Part shown: one piece after another, positions 40,701-55,700 of the stretch
How positions within the stretch are numbered: the first letter of the stretch is position 1
Layout of the letters: each line of letters opens with the position of its first letter
DNA from: Lytechinus pictus
Lineage: Eukaryota
DNA: 64,000 nucleotides
Direction of reading: 5' to 3'
Assembly (NCBI RefSeq): GCF_037042905.1
Contig: NC_087252.1
Coordinates: forward strand, 9,426,001-9,490,000
The notes under the pieces: model-generated
Databases searched by the model: none
The model's input: only the letters and a program-made list of their open reading frames with translations
What the model was told of the DNA's origin: nothing
Program-made: the position numbers and the translations under genes

Positions 40701-43700
40701 TAACACTTTACCCACAAATGTAATAATTTCACCCACAAATGTAATAATGCACTTTACCCACAAATGTAATAATTTTTGATCGCCCACAAATGTAATAATG
40801 ACTTTACCCACAAATGTAATAAATTTGAAGGGATTTTTGGCGAATCCGTTCTAAACTAAAATCCTATAGTAATGCGTTCATATAGCACAAAAGTGCAAAG
40901 TGTTTTTTCCAGACGTTAATTAAACATCATAGTACAAGTCCAAAGTCTTTTTCCAGACCCGGTTGTTTCAAAATTATAATATACGTCCAAAGTCTTTTTT
41001 TCCAGACCCGGTTAATTCCAAATTTATAATGCAAGTTCAAAGTCTTTTTTTCAGACCCGGTTGATTCAAAAATTATAATGCAAGTCCAAAGTCTTTTTTT
41101 CAGACCCGGTTGTTTCAAAAATGATAATATACGTCCAAAGTCTTTTTTCCAGACCCGGTTGATTCAAAAATTATAATGCAAGTCCAAAGTCTTTTTTTCA
41201 GACCCGGTTGTTTCAAAAATTATAATGCAAGTCCAAAGTCTTTTTTTCAGAACCGGTTAATTCCAAAATTATAATGCAAGTCCAAAGTCTTTTTTCCAGA
41301 CCAGGTTGTTTCAAAAATTTTAATATAAGTCCAAAGTCTTTTTCCAGACCCGATTATTTCAAAAATTATAATATATATATATATATATATTGTGAATATA
41401 TGCGCTAAGAGTAAATTGAGAATCAAGCGTAGTCTTTTCTCCAGACCCGGTTACTTAAAACTAAAAAATAAACCCTATAGCAATGCGTTCATTTAGCACA
41501 AAAGTGCAAAGTCTTTTTCCAGACCCGGATAATTAAACAACTACAATATAAGTCCAAAGTCTTTTTCCAGACCCGGTTGTTAAAAAAATTATAATATAAG
41601 TCCAGTCTTTTTTCCAGACCCGGTTGTTTAAAAAATTATAATATAAGTCCAAAGTCTTTTTCCAGACCCGGTTATTTCACAAATTATAATATAAGTCCAA
41701 AGTCTTTTTTCCAGACCCGGTTATTTCAAAAATTATAATATAAGTCAAAACTAAGATACGATAATGATATTCCAGTGGAAAAAAAAGAGAATCGAGCTTA
41801 GTCTTTTCTCCAGACCCAGTTAATCAAAACTGGCGGAATTAATGTCTTTGTTGTTGTTTCAACTTATACGGCGTATATTGTGAATATATGCACTAAGAGT
41901 AAATTGAGAATCAAGCGTAGTCTTTTCTCCAGACCCGGTTACTTAAAACTAAAAAATAAACCCTATAGCAATGCGTTCATATAGCACCAAAGTGCAAAGT
42001 CTTTTTTCCAGACCCGGATAATTAAACAATTACAATATAAGTCCAAAGTCTTTCCTCCAGACCCGGCTATTAAAAAATGAATTAAAAAACTTCAAATCTA
42101 TAACCAATTTTCCAAAGTTTCACCCAGTAAAAAAAATATGTCTTTACCCCACACCCATTAAAAAAAAAAAATACTACGACCCCTACAAAACATTGTAATA
42201 ATGCATGGGTAAAGCAAACATCCTTTCTCCAGACTTGGTTATTATTTGAAAAAAATAAAGTAGTTTTTACAAATATTCTAAAACGAATACCCAATAATCT
42301 AATTATTGTGATATAACATGAAGACCGATTGTCGAAGATCGACTTTCCTCCAGACACAATTATTTCAAGAATAAAAAATCAATAAAACCCAACCCCCAAA
42401 ACGAATCTTAGAACCAACAATCCTCCAAATTAAGACCATGCATGTAGAAAAGCACATGTTTAGAGCGTTGTCTTTATTCCAGACCCAGTAATTTAAAAAT
42501 GATATAAACAATCTTAAAATATAATAAGAATATGACTTTGTCATATTCTTATTCTTGTGGAATAACACGAGTATTATGCTTAGTCTTTCGTCTAGACCCG
42601 GTTATTTAAAAGATAAACAAATATTGAAAAAAAAATCACAGCTAAGACCAATCTTCAAAATTAAACCAACTTAAAATGCTTGGGCTTAGAGTGTTGTGTT
42701 TACCCCTCACCCAGTTCTCTTTAAAATACAAATTAAGCGAAACATTAATCTTAAAACTTAGACCCCAGCATCTTCCAAACTATAAACCCTTGTGATAACG
42801 CATACTTAATTTGACCAGACCAGTTTGTTAAAAAAAAAAAAACAGAAAAAAAATTAACCCTCTTCCAGCCTAACATCCTATAATAAATGATGCAATTAAA
42901 CATTCATTTTTTCTTCCAGGCAAAGAAATTTATAATAAAAAAACAACATCAAAACTTAGAGCCCGGGGAGCATTTCATGAAAGGAGTTGTCTGACGTTTT
43001 ATCCGACACTGGTAGCACTGCTTCTTAGCCAATCAACATCAAGAACAGTTGTCAGATCTGACAACTTGTCGGACATAAATGTTGATGAAATACTCCCCCA
43101 ATCATCTTATTCATGTTGAACAGGCACAAGAATATGATTGAGTCTTAGTCATGAGGATTTCATTTATCTTATTTTTTAAATGACAAGGTCTGGAATAAAA
43201 AAAACTCTCTAAACTTTTATTTATTGAAGGTTCTTAGTTTGAAGGATAGTTGGGCCTTAGATTCTGTTATTCTTTTTTAATGATTTGATTATTTTGAAAT
43301 AATTGGGTCTGGAGGAAAGACTACACCATATTTCCATGTTATTCAATGATGATAAGATTGCAGGGTCTTTATTTTGTTGTTGTTGTGTTTTAAATGACTT
43401 TTATAACTAGGTCTGGAGGAAAGACTACGTTATATTTCCATGTTTTCAACATAAAGGGGATCGTGTGTCTTTGTTTGCTTTTTTTATTATTACTAATTTA
43501 TTATTATTATTATTCATTTCTTATTTGAAAGGTCTGGGTCTGGAGGAAAGACTACGCTATATTTTCATGTTATTCAACATAAATAGGATCGTGGGTCCTT
43601 GTTTGCTTTTTTTATTATTACGAATTTATTATTATTATTCATTTGTTATTTGAAAGATCTGGGTCTGGAGGAAAGACTACGCTATATTTCCATGTTATTC

Positions 43701-46700
43701 AACATAAATAGGATCGTGGGTCGTTGTTTGCTTTTTTATTATTAATAATTTATTATTATTATTATTCATTTGTTATTTGAAAGATCTGGGTCTGGATGAA
43801 AGACTACGCTATATTTCCATGTTATTTAACATTTACAAAAGAGTTGGGGTCTTTGTTACATTTCCACCAGTTTCAATTGACTGGGTCTGGAGAAAAGACT
43901 GAGCTCGATTCTCATTTTATTCAACTAGAATATCATTATCTTAGTTTGGACTTATAATAATTTTGAAACTACCAGGTCTGGAAAAAAGACTTTGGACGTA
44001 TAGTATAATTTTTGAAACAACCGGGTCTGGAAAAAAGACTTTGGACTTATATTCTAATGTTTGAAATAACCGGGTCTGGAAAAAAGACTTTGGGATTGTA
44101 CTATAATGTTTTATTAACCGGGTCTGGAAAAAAGACTTTGGACGTATATTATAATTTTTGAATTAACCGGGTCTGGAAAAAAGACTTTGGACTTGCATTA
44201 TAATTTTTGAATTAACCGGGTCTGGACAAAAGACTTTGGACGTATATCATAATTTTTTAAACAACCGGGTCTAGAAAAAATACTTTGGATTTATATTCTA
44301 ATGTTTGAAACGACCGAGTCTGAAAAAAAGACTTTGGACTTGCATTATAATTTTTGAAACATGCGGGTCTGGAATAAAGACTTTGGACGTTTATTACAAT
44401 TTTTGAAACAACCGGGTCTGAAAAAAAGACTTTGGACATATATTATAATTTTTGAATTAACCGGGTCTGGAAAAAAGACTTTGGACGTATATTATAATTT
44501 TTGAAACAACCGGGTCTGTAAAAAAAGACTTTGGACTTGCATTATAATTTTTGAATTAACCGGGTCTGGAAAAAAGACTTTGGACGTATATCATAATTTT
44601 TTTAACAACCGGGTCTGGAAAAAAGACTTTGGACTTGCATTATAATTGTTAAATTAAGCGGGTCTGGAAAAAAGACTTTGGACGTATATTATAATTTTGA
44701 AACAACCGGGTCTGGAAATAGACTTTGGAATTGTACTATAATGTTTTATTAACCAGGTCTGGAAAAAAGACTTTGCACTTTTGTGCTATATGAACGCATT
44801 ACTATAGGATTTTAGTTTAGAACAGATTCGCCAAAAATCCCTTCAAATTTATTACATTTGTGGGTAAAGTCATTATTACATTTGTGGGCGATCAAAAATT
44901 ATTACATTTGTGGGTAAAGTGCATTATTACATTTGTGGGTGAAATTATTACATTTGTGGGTAAAGTGTTATTACATTTGTGGGCGTTATTACATTTGTGG
45001 GTAAAGTGTTATTACATTTGTGGGCGTTATTACATTTGTGGGCGATTATTACATTTGTGGGTGTAACAGGGGGCTGAATCAGCCCCCCCCCCCCCCCCCA
45101 GTCTTCTTAGGCATCGAAATAGCCCAGTCTATTTAGGGTTAATGAACAGTAAATTTCCGATTGGGCAATGCCCACTTCCAGTTCACCTCATCCCAAATGG
45201 TTTAAACCCATACTTTGTCTTCAACCAGTACCATTATCTTCCTGAATTTCTGTGATATTATTTCCATTTTTCGTTGATTCCCCAAATTGATTGAGGTGGT
45301 GCCGTGGTTGAGTAGTCTAAAACGCCTAAACCATAAACAGGAAAGTCTGGGGTCTGATCCCGTGCCAAAGCACCTGTGCCTGTGAGCAAGACATTTAATC
45401 ATTTGAAATGCTAGAATTCTTGGTCAACAATGTGTGCACTTTTTTTTCTTTATGAAAAAAAAAGAAAGCGGCAACTACTTACCCCCATTCCTGGCCAACC
45501 AAGAGAGAGTGAATTCTACCACTTCCCGACATCGTAGCTATGATCATAAAAACAAAATATACTAACATAATATGCAACATTTATATATCGGTGAATACAA
45601 TGTTTCTAAGCATTGCATTCTTTATTAGTAGTAGTAGATATCAGCAAGTACACACAAAGATTAAACACTATTTATCTAAATATCTCTGATTTCAAATAAC
45701 TTATTATTGTCAAGAAAAAATAAAAACAAATTTCCTGAATTTCGCTCCATTTTTGCATGCTTCTTAGGGTTTTAAATGTCAATGATTTTCCAAAGAATTC
45801 CCACTCCTTTTTTGTTAAAGGAACTTGCTTTCAAATGGGGATACCCTATTAAATATCCCTCTGCACCCCCACCCCTCCTTTCCCTTTCTGTGACAAAGTC
45901 ACCTTGTAAAATGATGGTGGCTTGATCCCCAATATCTTCTTACTTTCCCCCACTTTATCTTCCTTCACCTCCTCTGACTTTACATAAAGTCATAAAGTCA
46001 TGCTGCACAATGAAGGTGACATAAATGTGCACCTATTCCCTTACCTTTACCTCTCATCTTCCTACCCCAACACCCCCCCCCCCCCAACAACCAGGTCAGA
46101 AATGCAAGGTTGGTAATAAATACCTAAACAATATACCTGAATATGTGCACATATGGTTAAATTTTAATCAACAAACCATGAATCTGGATCCACATTATCT
46201 TAGCATCCCGATCCCCTCCCGTTACTTCTCCCTCTCCGAATCCCATATCAACCCCCCCCCCCTTCCCCCACATGCATGCTACCTACAACTTTTTTTTCTG
46301 GTCAATTTGTTCAATTTTGTGTATTTATTAATTTCATTTTCTGTATTGTATAAGTAGGTGATTTTGCGCCTTGAGTGTCATTGACAGATATGTGCGCTAT
46401 ACAAATCTTAAATTATTATTATTATTAACTCACCTCACAAAATAACGGTGGCATTACATGCTGTCTATTAGGGTTCACAAAAGCTATAAGGTCCCTCCAG
46501 ATCTCTTTATAGTTATCGTTATACTGCTCAAAACCTTCTGCCGGAATCTTGTGGATATCCTCACCTACAAATGGTAAAGAAGTGGTTTCACGGTAAATCA
46601 TCATTCGATTTGTGTCCACTTGAGCTACAAGCAGATGGGCCAATTATGTGGATTCACAATACTGTGCGCCATCTATCAGTTGCAGTGGACAGGCTTATTT

Positions 46701-49700
46701 CCAACTTTGGGGTCGACATCACATGCAGGCAGCCCAAAGTGCTAGTGTACTGAGGCGCAGGCAGCGTGAAGTGCTAGTGTACTGAGGTGCAGGCAGCGTT
46801 AAGTGCTAGTGTACTGAGGTGCAGGCAGCGTTAAGTGCTAGTGTACTGAGGCGCAGGGAGCGTTAAATGCTAGTGTACTGAGGTGCAGGCAGCGTTAAGT
46901 GCTAGTGTACTGAGGAGCAGGCAGCGTTAAGTGCTAGTGTACTGAGGCGCAGGAAGCGTTAAGTGCTAGTGTACTGAGGTGCAGGCAGCGTTAAGTGCTA
47001 GTGTACTGAGGTGTAGGCAGCGTTAAGTGCTAGTGTACTGAGGTGCAGGTAGCGTTAAGTGCTAGTGTACTGAGGTGCAGGCAGCGTTAAGTGCTAGTGT
47101 ACTGAGGTGCAGGCAGCGTTAAGTGCTAGTGTACTGAGGTGCAGGAAGCGTTAAGTGCTAGTGTACTGAGTTGCAGGCAGCGTTAAGTGCTAGTGTACTG
47201 AGGTGCAGGCAGCCCTAAGTGCTAGTGTACTGAGGCGCAGGCAGCGTTAAGTGCTAATGTACTGAGGCGCAGGAAGCGTTAAGTGCTAGTGTACTGAGGT
47301 GCAGGCAGCGTTAAGTGCTAGTGTACTGAGGTGCAGGCAGCGTTAAGTGCTAGTGTACTGAGGCACAGGAAGCGTTAAGTGCTAGTGTACTGAGGTGCAG
47401 GCAGCGTTAAGTGCTAGTGTACTGAGGTGCAGGCAGCGTTAAGTGCTAGTGTACTGAGGCGCAGGCAGCGTTAAGTGCTAGTGTACTGAGGCGCAGGCAG
47501 CGTTAAGTGCTAGTGTACTGAGGCGCAGGAAGCGCTAAGTGCTAGTGTACTGAGGTGCAGGCAGCGTTAAGTGCTAGTGTACTGAGGCGCAGGCAGCGTT
47601 AAGTGCAAGTGTACTGAGGCGCAGGAAGCGTTAAGTGCTAGTGTACTGAGATGCAGGCAGCGTTAAGTGCTAGTGTACTGAGGTGCAGGCAGCGTTAAGT
47701 GCTAGTGTACTGAGGCGCAGGAAGCGTTAAGTGCTAGTGTACTGAGGTGCAGGCAGCGTTAAGTGCTAGTGTACTGAGGTGCAGGCAGCGTTAAGTGCTA
47801 GTGTACTGAGGCGCAGGAAGCGTTAAGTGCTAGTGTACTGAGGTGCAGGCAGCGTTAAGTGCTAGTGTACTGAGGTGCAGGCAGCTCTAAGTGCTAGTGT
47901 ACTGAGGTGCAGGCAGCGTTAAGTGCTAGTGTACTGAGGTGCAGGCAGCGTTAAGTGCTAGTGTACTGAGGCGCAGGGAGCGTTAAATGCTAGTGTACTG
48001 AGGTGCAGGCAGCGTTAAGTGCTAGTGTACTGAGGCGCAGGCAGCGTTAAGTGCTAATGTACTGAGGCGCAGGAAGCGTTAAGTGCTAGTGTACTGAGGT
48101 GCAGGCAGCGTTAAGTGCTAGTGTACTGAGGTGCAGGCAGCGTTAAGTGCTAGTGTACTGAGGCACAGGAAGCGTTAAGTGCTAGTGTACTGAGGCGCAG
48201 GAAGCGTTAAGTGCTAGTGTACTGAGGTGCAGGCAGCGTTAAGTGCTAGTGTACTGAGGTGCAGGCAGCTCTAAGTGCTAGTGTACTGAGGTGCAGGCAG
48301 CGTTAAGTGCTAGTGTACTGAGGTGCAGGCAGCGTTAAGTGCTAGTGTACTGAGGCGCAGGGAGCGTTAAATGCTAGTGTACTGAGGTGCAGGCAGCGTT
48401 AAGTGCTAGTGTACTGAGGCGCAGGCAGCGTTAAGTGCTAATGTACTGAGGCGCAGGAAGCGTTAAGTGCTAGTGTACTGAGGTGCAGGCAGCGTTAAGT
48501 GCTAGTGTACTGAGGTGCAGGCAGCGTTAAGTGCTAGTGTACTGAGGCACAGGAAGCGTTAAGTGCTAGTGTACTGAGGTGCAGGCAGTGTTAAGTGCTA
48601 GTGTACTGAGGTGCAGGCAGCGTTAAGTGCTAGTGTACTGAGGCGCAGGCAGCATTAAGTGCTAGTGTACTGAGGCGCAGGCAGCATTAAGTGCTAGTGT
48701 ACTGAGGCGCAGGAAGCGCTAAGTGCTAGTGTACTGAGGTGCAGGCAGCGTTAAGTGCTAGTGTACTGTAATGTGACTGTGATGCTTCAAAAATTAAAAC
48801 TACAGTGCATATCAAAAAAAAGTTTACACTTTGAAAAAGCCCTGGGAATTAAAAAATATACAATATATGGGTAATATTTTCACATATTATCTTGGGTTTG
48901 GGTCTCATCTATTAGTCCGGGTTATAATTGAGCAAGGTGCCACACGGAAAAGGAGAAATTTTCATATAGTGCTTCTAGACCAGTTTTTCACGCTGAATAT
49001 GAATATATGAGGTAACCAGGCTGTATCCTGAAAATTAACCCATGAGGGCGCTTTTTTCAAAATGGCCGCCAAATTTTCAGAACATTTGAATTTTCGTACA
49101 TAGATTTTGACATAAACATTCCATTGCCACAAAATTAGTGTCATATGAAAGACAAATAAATTTCCTACAATTTGGTACCTTTTATAGGGGATAAGTAGGT
49201 TATTTGGCTGAGATTTTAAGTAGAAAACTGCATTTTTTGTAATTTTTTTCCAAAAATTGTAAATTTTGCAAATACATGATTTTACATATTTCTAAGAAAA
49301 ATCAATCAATTACCTTGAAATGTTCCAGAAAACTTTATTGATATACTATTATCATATGGATGAAATTCCAACTCTGTATCATTCTTCTTAGCAAATTTAT
49401 AAGGTATCAAACTTGAATACTTCAATTTCAGATATGTCGCTTTTTGTATGCATTTCCATAGACTAATACGTATAACATGTATAATATGTATAATGTATAG
49501 TTACAAATTAAATGCAATTATCTCTGCTCGTTAATCACTTGGAGAGTTAAGGGTAGGCTTTTCTCTATCAGCTACATAAAACAAATGTTGGCACATCAAG
49601 GCCTAACACTCTCATGGGGTGGGGTGTCGAAGCCCCCCCCCCCCCCCCCTTGGCTATATCATGTTGTTGTATATTGCCTATTTGTTGGGGAAAAAAATCA

Positions 49701-52700
49701 TTTTTTTTTGGAGCACCCATTGAGGCAAAAGGCATTTCTGCTATACAATACAGCCACTTTAATTACTTTCAAACCACTTGGAGAGGAAAAGAGTAGGCTT
49801 TGTTCTACCAGCTACATCAAAAGAAGTGGCACGTACATCGTAGCCAACCCCTCTCGGGAGGGGGGGGGGGGCGCTGGGGAAGTCACCCCTCCCCCTTTTG
49901 CTAATTGCCAATTTATTTGGAAATTCACCATTTTGGACCCAACATTGAGGTAAAAAAGTGTTTGTGCTTTATAGTATTTTATTGCTTTGAGAGAGTAGAA
50001 TTAGTTCTACCAGCTACATAAATAAGCGCTAGCACATCGAACCCTAGCCCTCTCAGGGGCTGTCAAAGTCACCCCCTCCTCTATATCATGTATATTGCCT
50101 ACTTATAGAAAATTTCACCATTTTGGATCACCCATTGAGGAATAAGGGCGTTTCTATATCATACAGCCAATTTTATTTTCTTGCAATTACTTGGAGAGAA
50201 AAGCTTAGACTTTGCTCTATTAGCTACATATTATTAAGAAGCGCTGGCACATCGAAACCTATTCCACTCAGGGGCTGTCTAAGTCAACCCCTCCCCCTCT
50301 ATATCATGTATATTGCCTATTTATTGCCCATTGAGGCAAAAGTGCGTTTCTACTATATAGTACAGCCAATTTCATTTTCTTGCAATAATAATAATAATAA
50401 TAATAGCGGTATATTTACCCAGGGTAGCCGCTTCAGTTCCGAAAACTGTTCTCCCAGCGGGCCCTGCTATTATTACCCCGGCTTTAGCTGGGCTGCCTAG
50501 GCGCTCAAGCATTCAAGGAATTAATCCTGCCGGGTACCCATTTACCTCACCTGGGTCGAGTGCAGCACAATGTTGCTTGCAATTGCAATGACTTGGAGAG
50601 GAAAGAGTAGGCTTTGCTCTATCAGCTACATATAAACAAGTGCTGGCAAAGAAAAGCCTACCCCCTCCGGGAAGCTGTTGAAACCACCCCATCCCTTTTG
50701 CATTATAGCATAATTATTGAAAAATTCACCATTTTGAAGCCCCCATTTACGCAAAAAGGGGTTTCTGATATATAGTTCTGCCACTTTTACTGCCTTGAAA
50801 CCACTTAGGGAGGAAAGAATGGGTTTTGTTTTATCAGCCACATAAAGAAGTGCAGGCAAATAAAAGCATACCCCCTCCGGGAGGCTGTTGAAATCACCCC
50901 ATCCCTTTTGCATTATTGCCTATTTATTGGAAAATTCACCATTTTGGAGCCCCCATTTAGGCAAAAAGGCATTCCTGATATATAGTTCTGCCACTTTTAC
51001 TGCCTTGAAACCACTTAGGGAGGAAAGAATAGGTTTTGCTTGATCAGCGTCATATAAAGAAGTGCAGGCAAATAAAAGCCTACACTGTACTTCCTTCAGG
51101 GGTCTGTCGAAATTACCCCCCCCCCTTGAAATTCACCATTTTGGAGCCCGCATTGGGGCAAAAAGGCGTTTCTGATATACAGTTCTGCCACTTTTAATGC
51201 ATTGAAACCACTTAGGGAGGAAAGAATAGGTTTTGCTTTATCAGCCACATATAAAGAAGTGCAGGCAAATAAAAGCCTACCACCTCCAGGAGGCTGTCGA
51301 AATCACCCATCCCTTTTGCATTGCCTATTTATTGAAAAAGTCACCACTTTGGAGCCCCCAGTGAGGCAGAAAGTCATTTCTGATTATGTTTCTGCCGTTT
51401 TTCACCCTTGAAAACATTTAGAGAGAAAAAGAATAGGCTTTGCTTTGACAGCTACATATAAAGACATGCTCGCAAAAAAGGCCTATCCCCATCAGAGGGC
51501 TGTTGAATTCACCCCACCCCTATTTCATTATTGCTTATTTATTGGAAAATTGACCATTTTTGAGCCCCCATTTAGGCAAAAAGGCGGTTCTGATATACAG
51601 TTCTGCCACTATTACCGCCTTAAAACTACTTGGAGAGGAAAGAGTAGGCTTTCCTCTAACAGGTACATATAAAGAAGTGGCTCTACTATATACCAGAAAC
51701 ACGTTTTTTGCCTCAATGGGGGCTCCAAAATGGCGAGTTTTCCAATGAATTGGCAAAAATCGTAAAAAAGGTGGGGTAACATCTACATGTATCGTCCCCT
51801 GAAGTGGGTCAGTCTTCGATATGGCAGCAATTCGTTATATATATCTGTAAGAGGGGAACCTACTCTTTCCTCTCCAAGTGGTTTCAAGAAAGAGAAATTG
51901 GGTGTTTTATACAGCAGAAGTGCATATCGCCTCAATGGGGGCTCAAAAATTGTGAATTTTCAAATAATTAGGCAATAATGCAAGAGGGGTGGGGTGATTT
52001 GACAGCCGCCCAGATGGGTATGCTTCAATGTGCCAGCACTTCTTTATAGAGCAAAGCATATTCTTTCCTCCTTAATTGGTTTCAAGGCAGTAAAAGTGGC
52101 AGAACTATATATCAGTGATGCCTCTTTACCTCAATGGGGGCTCAAAAATTGTGAATTTCCAATAAATAGGCAATAACGCAAAGGGGTGAGGGGGCTGATT
52201 TCGACAACCCCCGGAAGGGGTAGGCTTTTATTTGCCAGCACAAAATTATGCAGCTGATAGAGCAAAGCCTATTCTTTCCTCTCTAAATGGTTTCAAGGCA
52301 ATAAAAGTGGCAGAACTATATATCAGAGACACCTTTTTGCTTCAATGGGGGCTCCAAAATGGTGACTTTTCAACAAATAGCCAAATACCGAAAATTAGTG
52401 GGGTAACTTCTAAAGCCGCCTGAAGGAGATAGGCTTCGATTTGCCAACACTTATGTAGCTGATAGAGCAAAGCCTACTCTTTCTTCTCAAAGTCATTGCA
52501 AGAAAATAAAATTGGCTGTACTATAAAGTAGGAACGAGCTTTTGCCTCAATGGGTGATCTAAAATGGTGAAATATCCAATAAATCGGCAATATACTTGAT
52601 ATAGAGGGGGGTGACTTAGACAGCCCCTGAGAGGGCTAGGGTTCGATGTGCCAGTGCTTATTTATATGTAGCTGGTAGAACAAACTATACTCTTTCCTAA

Positions 52701-55700
52701 GTGGTTTCAAATCAATAAAATGGGGTGTACAACAAAGCACAAGCGCTCTTTGGCCTCAATGTTGGGTCAAAAATTGTGAATTTTCAAATAAATATGCAAT
52801 ATTAAGCAAAAGCCCCCCCCCCCCCGAGAGGGGTAGGCTTCGATGTTCCACTTCTTTGGATGTCGCTGGTAGAACAAAGCCTACTCTTTCCTATCCAAGT
52901 GGTTTCAAAGCAATCAAAGTGGCTGTACTGTATAGTAAATATGCCTGTTTTTGCTTCAATGGGTGCTCCAAAAAACAGTGATTTTTTTCAACAAATAGGC
53001 AATATACAACATGATATAGCCAAGGGGGGGGGGCTTCGACACCAACCGCGTAGCCAGGATTTCATTTTGGAGGGGGCGGTAAATGCACGCGAAGCGTGCC
53101 AACACTTACAGAGCGCGCGAAGCGCGCTCCCTAGGGGGTGGGTGCAGGGAGGGGGAGTTTCCCCCTCCCGCGCGAAGCGCAAAGCTTTTGGTGTTTCATA
53201 AATTAAAATGAAAAGGAGCCGTCTCTCTTGTCTCTAGTACCTATATCAGCTGCAATTCAGTTTACTATATTGTGATTTTGAATCTTGTTTTCAAGTGATT
53301 GTGAACGCACAAAAAGGAATACAATGGAGGAAATTAAAATCATAATAACCCCGCGCGAAGCGCGGAAGCTAAAGCGTTTTATCAATTTTTTGCCATGAAA
53401 AGGGTCCCGAGAAAAGGGTATTCTCAAAAATATATTGAATACTTCCCTTGGAAAGATCAGATTTGATTACAAACAATTTAGCGACAGTGCATATCTTTAA
53501 CTCGCAAAACAGAGGAAAGAAGTGTATATGCCGGGAGGAAGATATTCCTCCCCCGCGCAGAGCAATAAAACTCTGAAATTTCAAAGGGCGGACATTTCAT
53601 CAAATGCAGATATCTCTAATACCCCATCGGCTCTAATTCAATTGATTTCCTAAGATTATTGAACTTCATTACAAGGAAAATAGTGCGCAAAAAGTTGAAA
53701 CTTCAGTGATTTATTGAAATTTTATAAAAAAGGATGCCTAATTTCTTTGACTTATCCTGAAGCGCTTCATTTTTAAATTATAAAGAAACCTAAGTGTCAT
53801 TCAAAATTTCAAACTGAGGGCGCAAAACAGGACAGGAGATGAATGTGCAGGGAAATAACATGAAGATTAATAGAATTTGAAAAAAAATATTGTACTTTTT
53901 TATTCAATACGACACGAATTTTATACATTCCTCTTTTTAAATTAGGAACCTGTTTGCCCCAAATTACGGTTGTTTAGTAATGAGCTGAAAAGCGGGAGAA
54001 GTTGACTTTATGGAGGTGACGGCAGAAATTGATATAAAGATTTTACCCGCCCGGAGCCGACCCGACCAGAAGTTGCGCGATCAAAAAAAAAAGATAACTT
54101 CATATACTTCGGCCTAACCTTACTCTAATTCCATGCCCTAATGTATACATTTGAACTTCAACTGGCAAGAAACACATATAGCTGAGGTGGAAAAGCAGGG
54201 TTAGAGAAAGGTTGGGGGAAACAATGGAGAACTTCAATATTGTCATTTAACCGCGCGCAGCGCGGAAGCAAAATTTATATATAAATTTAGAGCAAGAGTG
54301 AAGGAGTTTCTCTTTTGAGAAAAAAATAAAGAATAAAAAGAAAAAAAAAACCGACAAAGCTACCTTTCTTTCCTTTCCTCCCTTCCCTTTTCCTTTTTTC
54401 CTCTCTTTTTTCCCTTCTTTTTTTTCTTTTTGGGGACGTTTTGGGGGGGGGCGACCGCCCCCACCGCCCCCCCTGGCTACGCGCCTGTTCGACACCCCCA
54501 CCCCATGAGAGTGTTAGGCCTTAATGTGCCAACATTCTGTTTTATGTAGCTGATAGAGAAAAGCCTACTTTTAACTATCCAAGTGATTAACGAGCAGAGA
54601 TAGTTGCATTTAATTTGTAACTATACATTATACATATTATACATGTTATACGTATTAGTCTATGAAAATGCATACAAAAAGCGACATTTCTGAAATTGAA
54701 GTATTCAAGTTTGATACCTTATAAATTTGCTAGGAAGAATGATACAGAGTTGGAATTTCATCCACATGATAATAATATATCAATAAAGTTTTTTGGAACA
54801 TTTCAAGATAATTGATTAATTATTCTTAGAATTATGTAAAATCATGTATTTGCAAAATTTTCAATTTTTGGAAAAAATGACAAAAAATGCAGTTTTCTAC
54901 TTAAAATCTCAGCCAAATGACTTACTTATCCCCTATTAATGGTACCAAATTGTAGGAAATTTATTTGTCTTTCATATGACACTAATTTTGTGGCAATGGA
55001 ATGTTTATGTCAAAATCTATGTACGTAAATTCAAATGTTCTGAAAATTTGGCGGCCATTTTGAAAAAAGCGCCCTCACGGGTTAATTTTCAGGATACAGC
55101 CTGGTTACCTCATATATTCATATTCAGCGTAAGAAACTGGTCTAGAAGCACTAGATGAAAATTTCTCCTTTTCCGTGTGGCACCTTGCTCAAAGTTTTGA
55201 CAGAATGTTACACTTGAGTGAGCACTGTCTATTTTTGTAAAGCTCGCAGAAATCTGTTTGCGCAGAAATGCTTGTTTTCACGCTGTGTCAAGGAGAAAAG
55301 GGAAAAATTAAACTTACCCTGCGAAACATTTCTCATAAATATCCCTTGCATTTTTAGTCAGTTGAAATGAAATGGATACATTCAAGCATTCTGTAATAAT
55401 TTTGCTACCCTAATCGAAATTTCAACACTTAGTAAGCACAACCTTTACCCTGTTTTGCCAGTTGGATCTCAGGACATAACTTAATCTGAACAAAAGTTTA
55501 TATCAGACCTCTCCAGCATTTTTTCATTAAGTTTTTAAGATTTAAAGTGGGTTTACATTTTATTTTCATTTAATACTTGTTTCTCCACACTTTTTCCAAG
55601 CTTGACAATGATTAACAAAATGAAAATCAAGCCTAAGCAATTTCATATAAATCACAACTCAGTGTAAAGCAAATATCGTCACGATGGCCTCGGTGTGTGG

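Noticed and set aside
40880..41750. About 52-bp repeats with variable intervening bases resembling repeat-spacer arrays
   Set aside because: The variable parts are just diverged copies of one unit, and the array is mirrored at about 43950-44770 as a foldback arm.
46737..48767. CRISPR-like array with 32-bp periodicity
   Set aside because: Units are head-to-tail with no unique spacers, there are no cas genes, and the context is a eukaryotic intron; it is a minisatellite.
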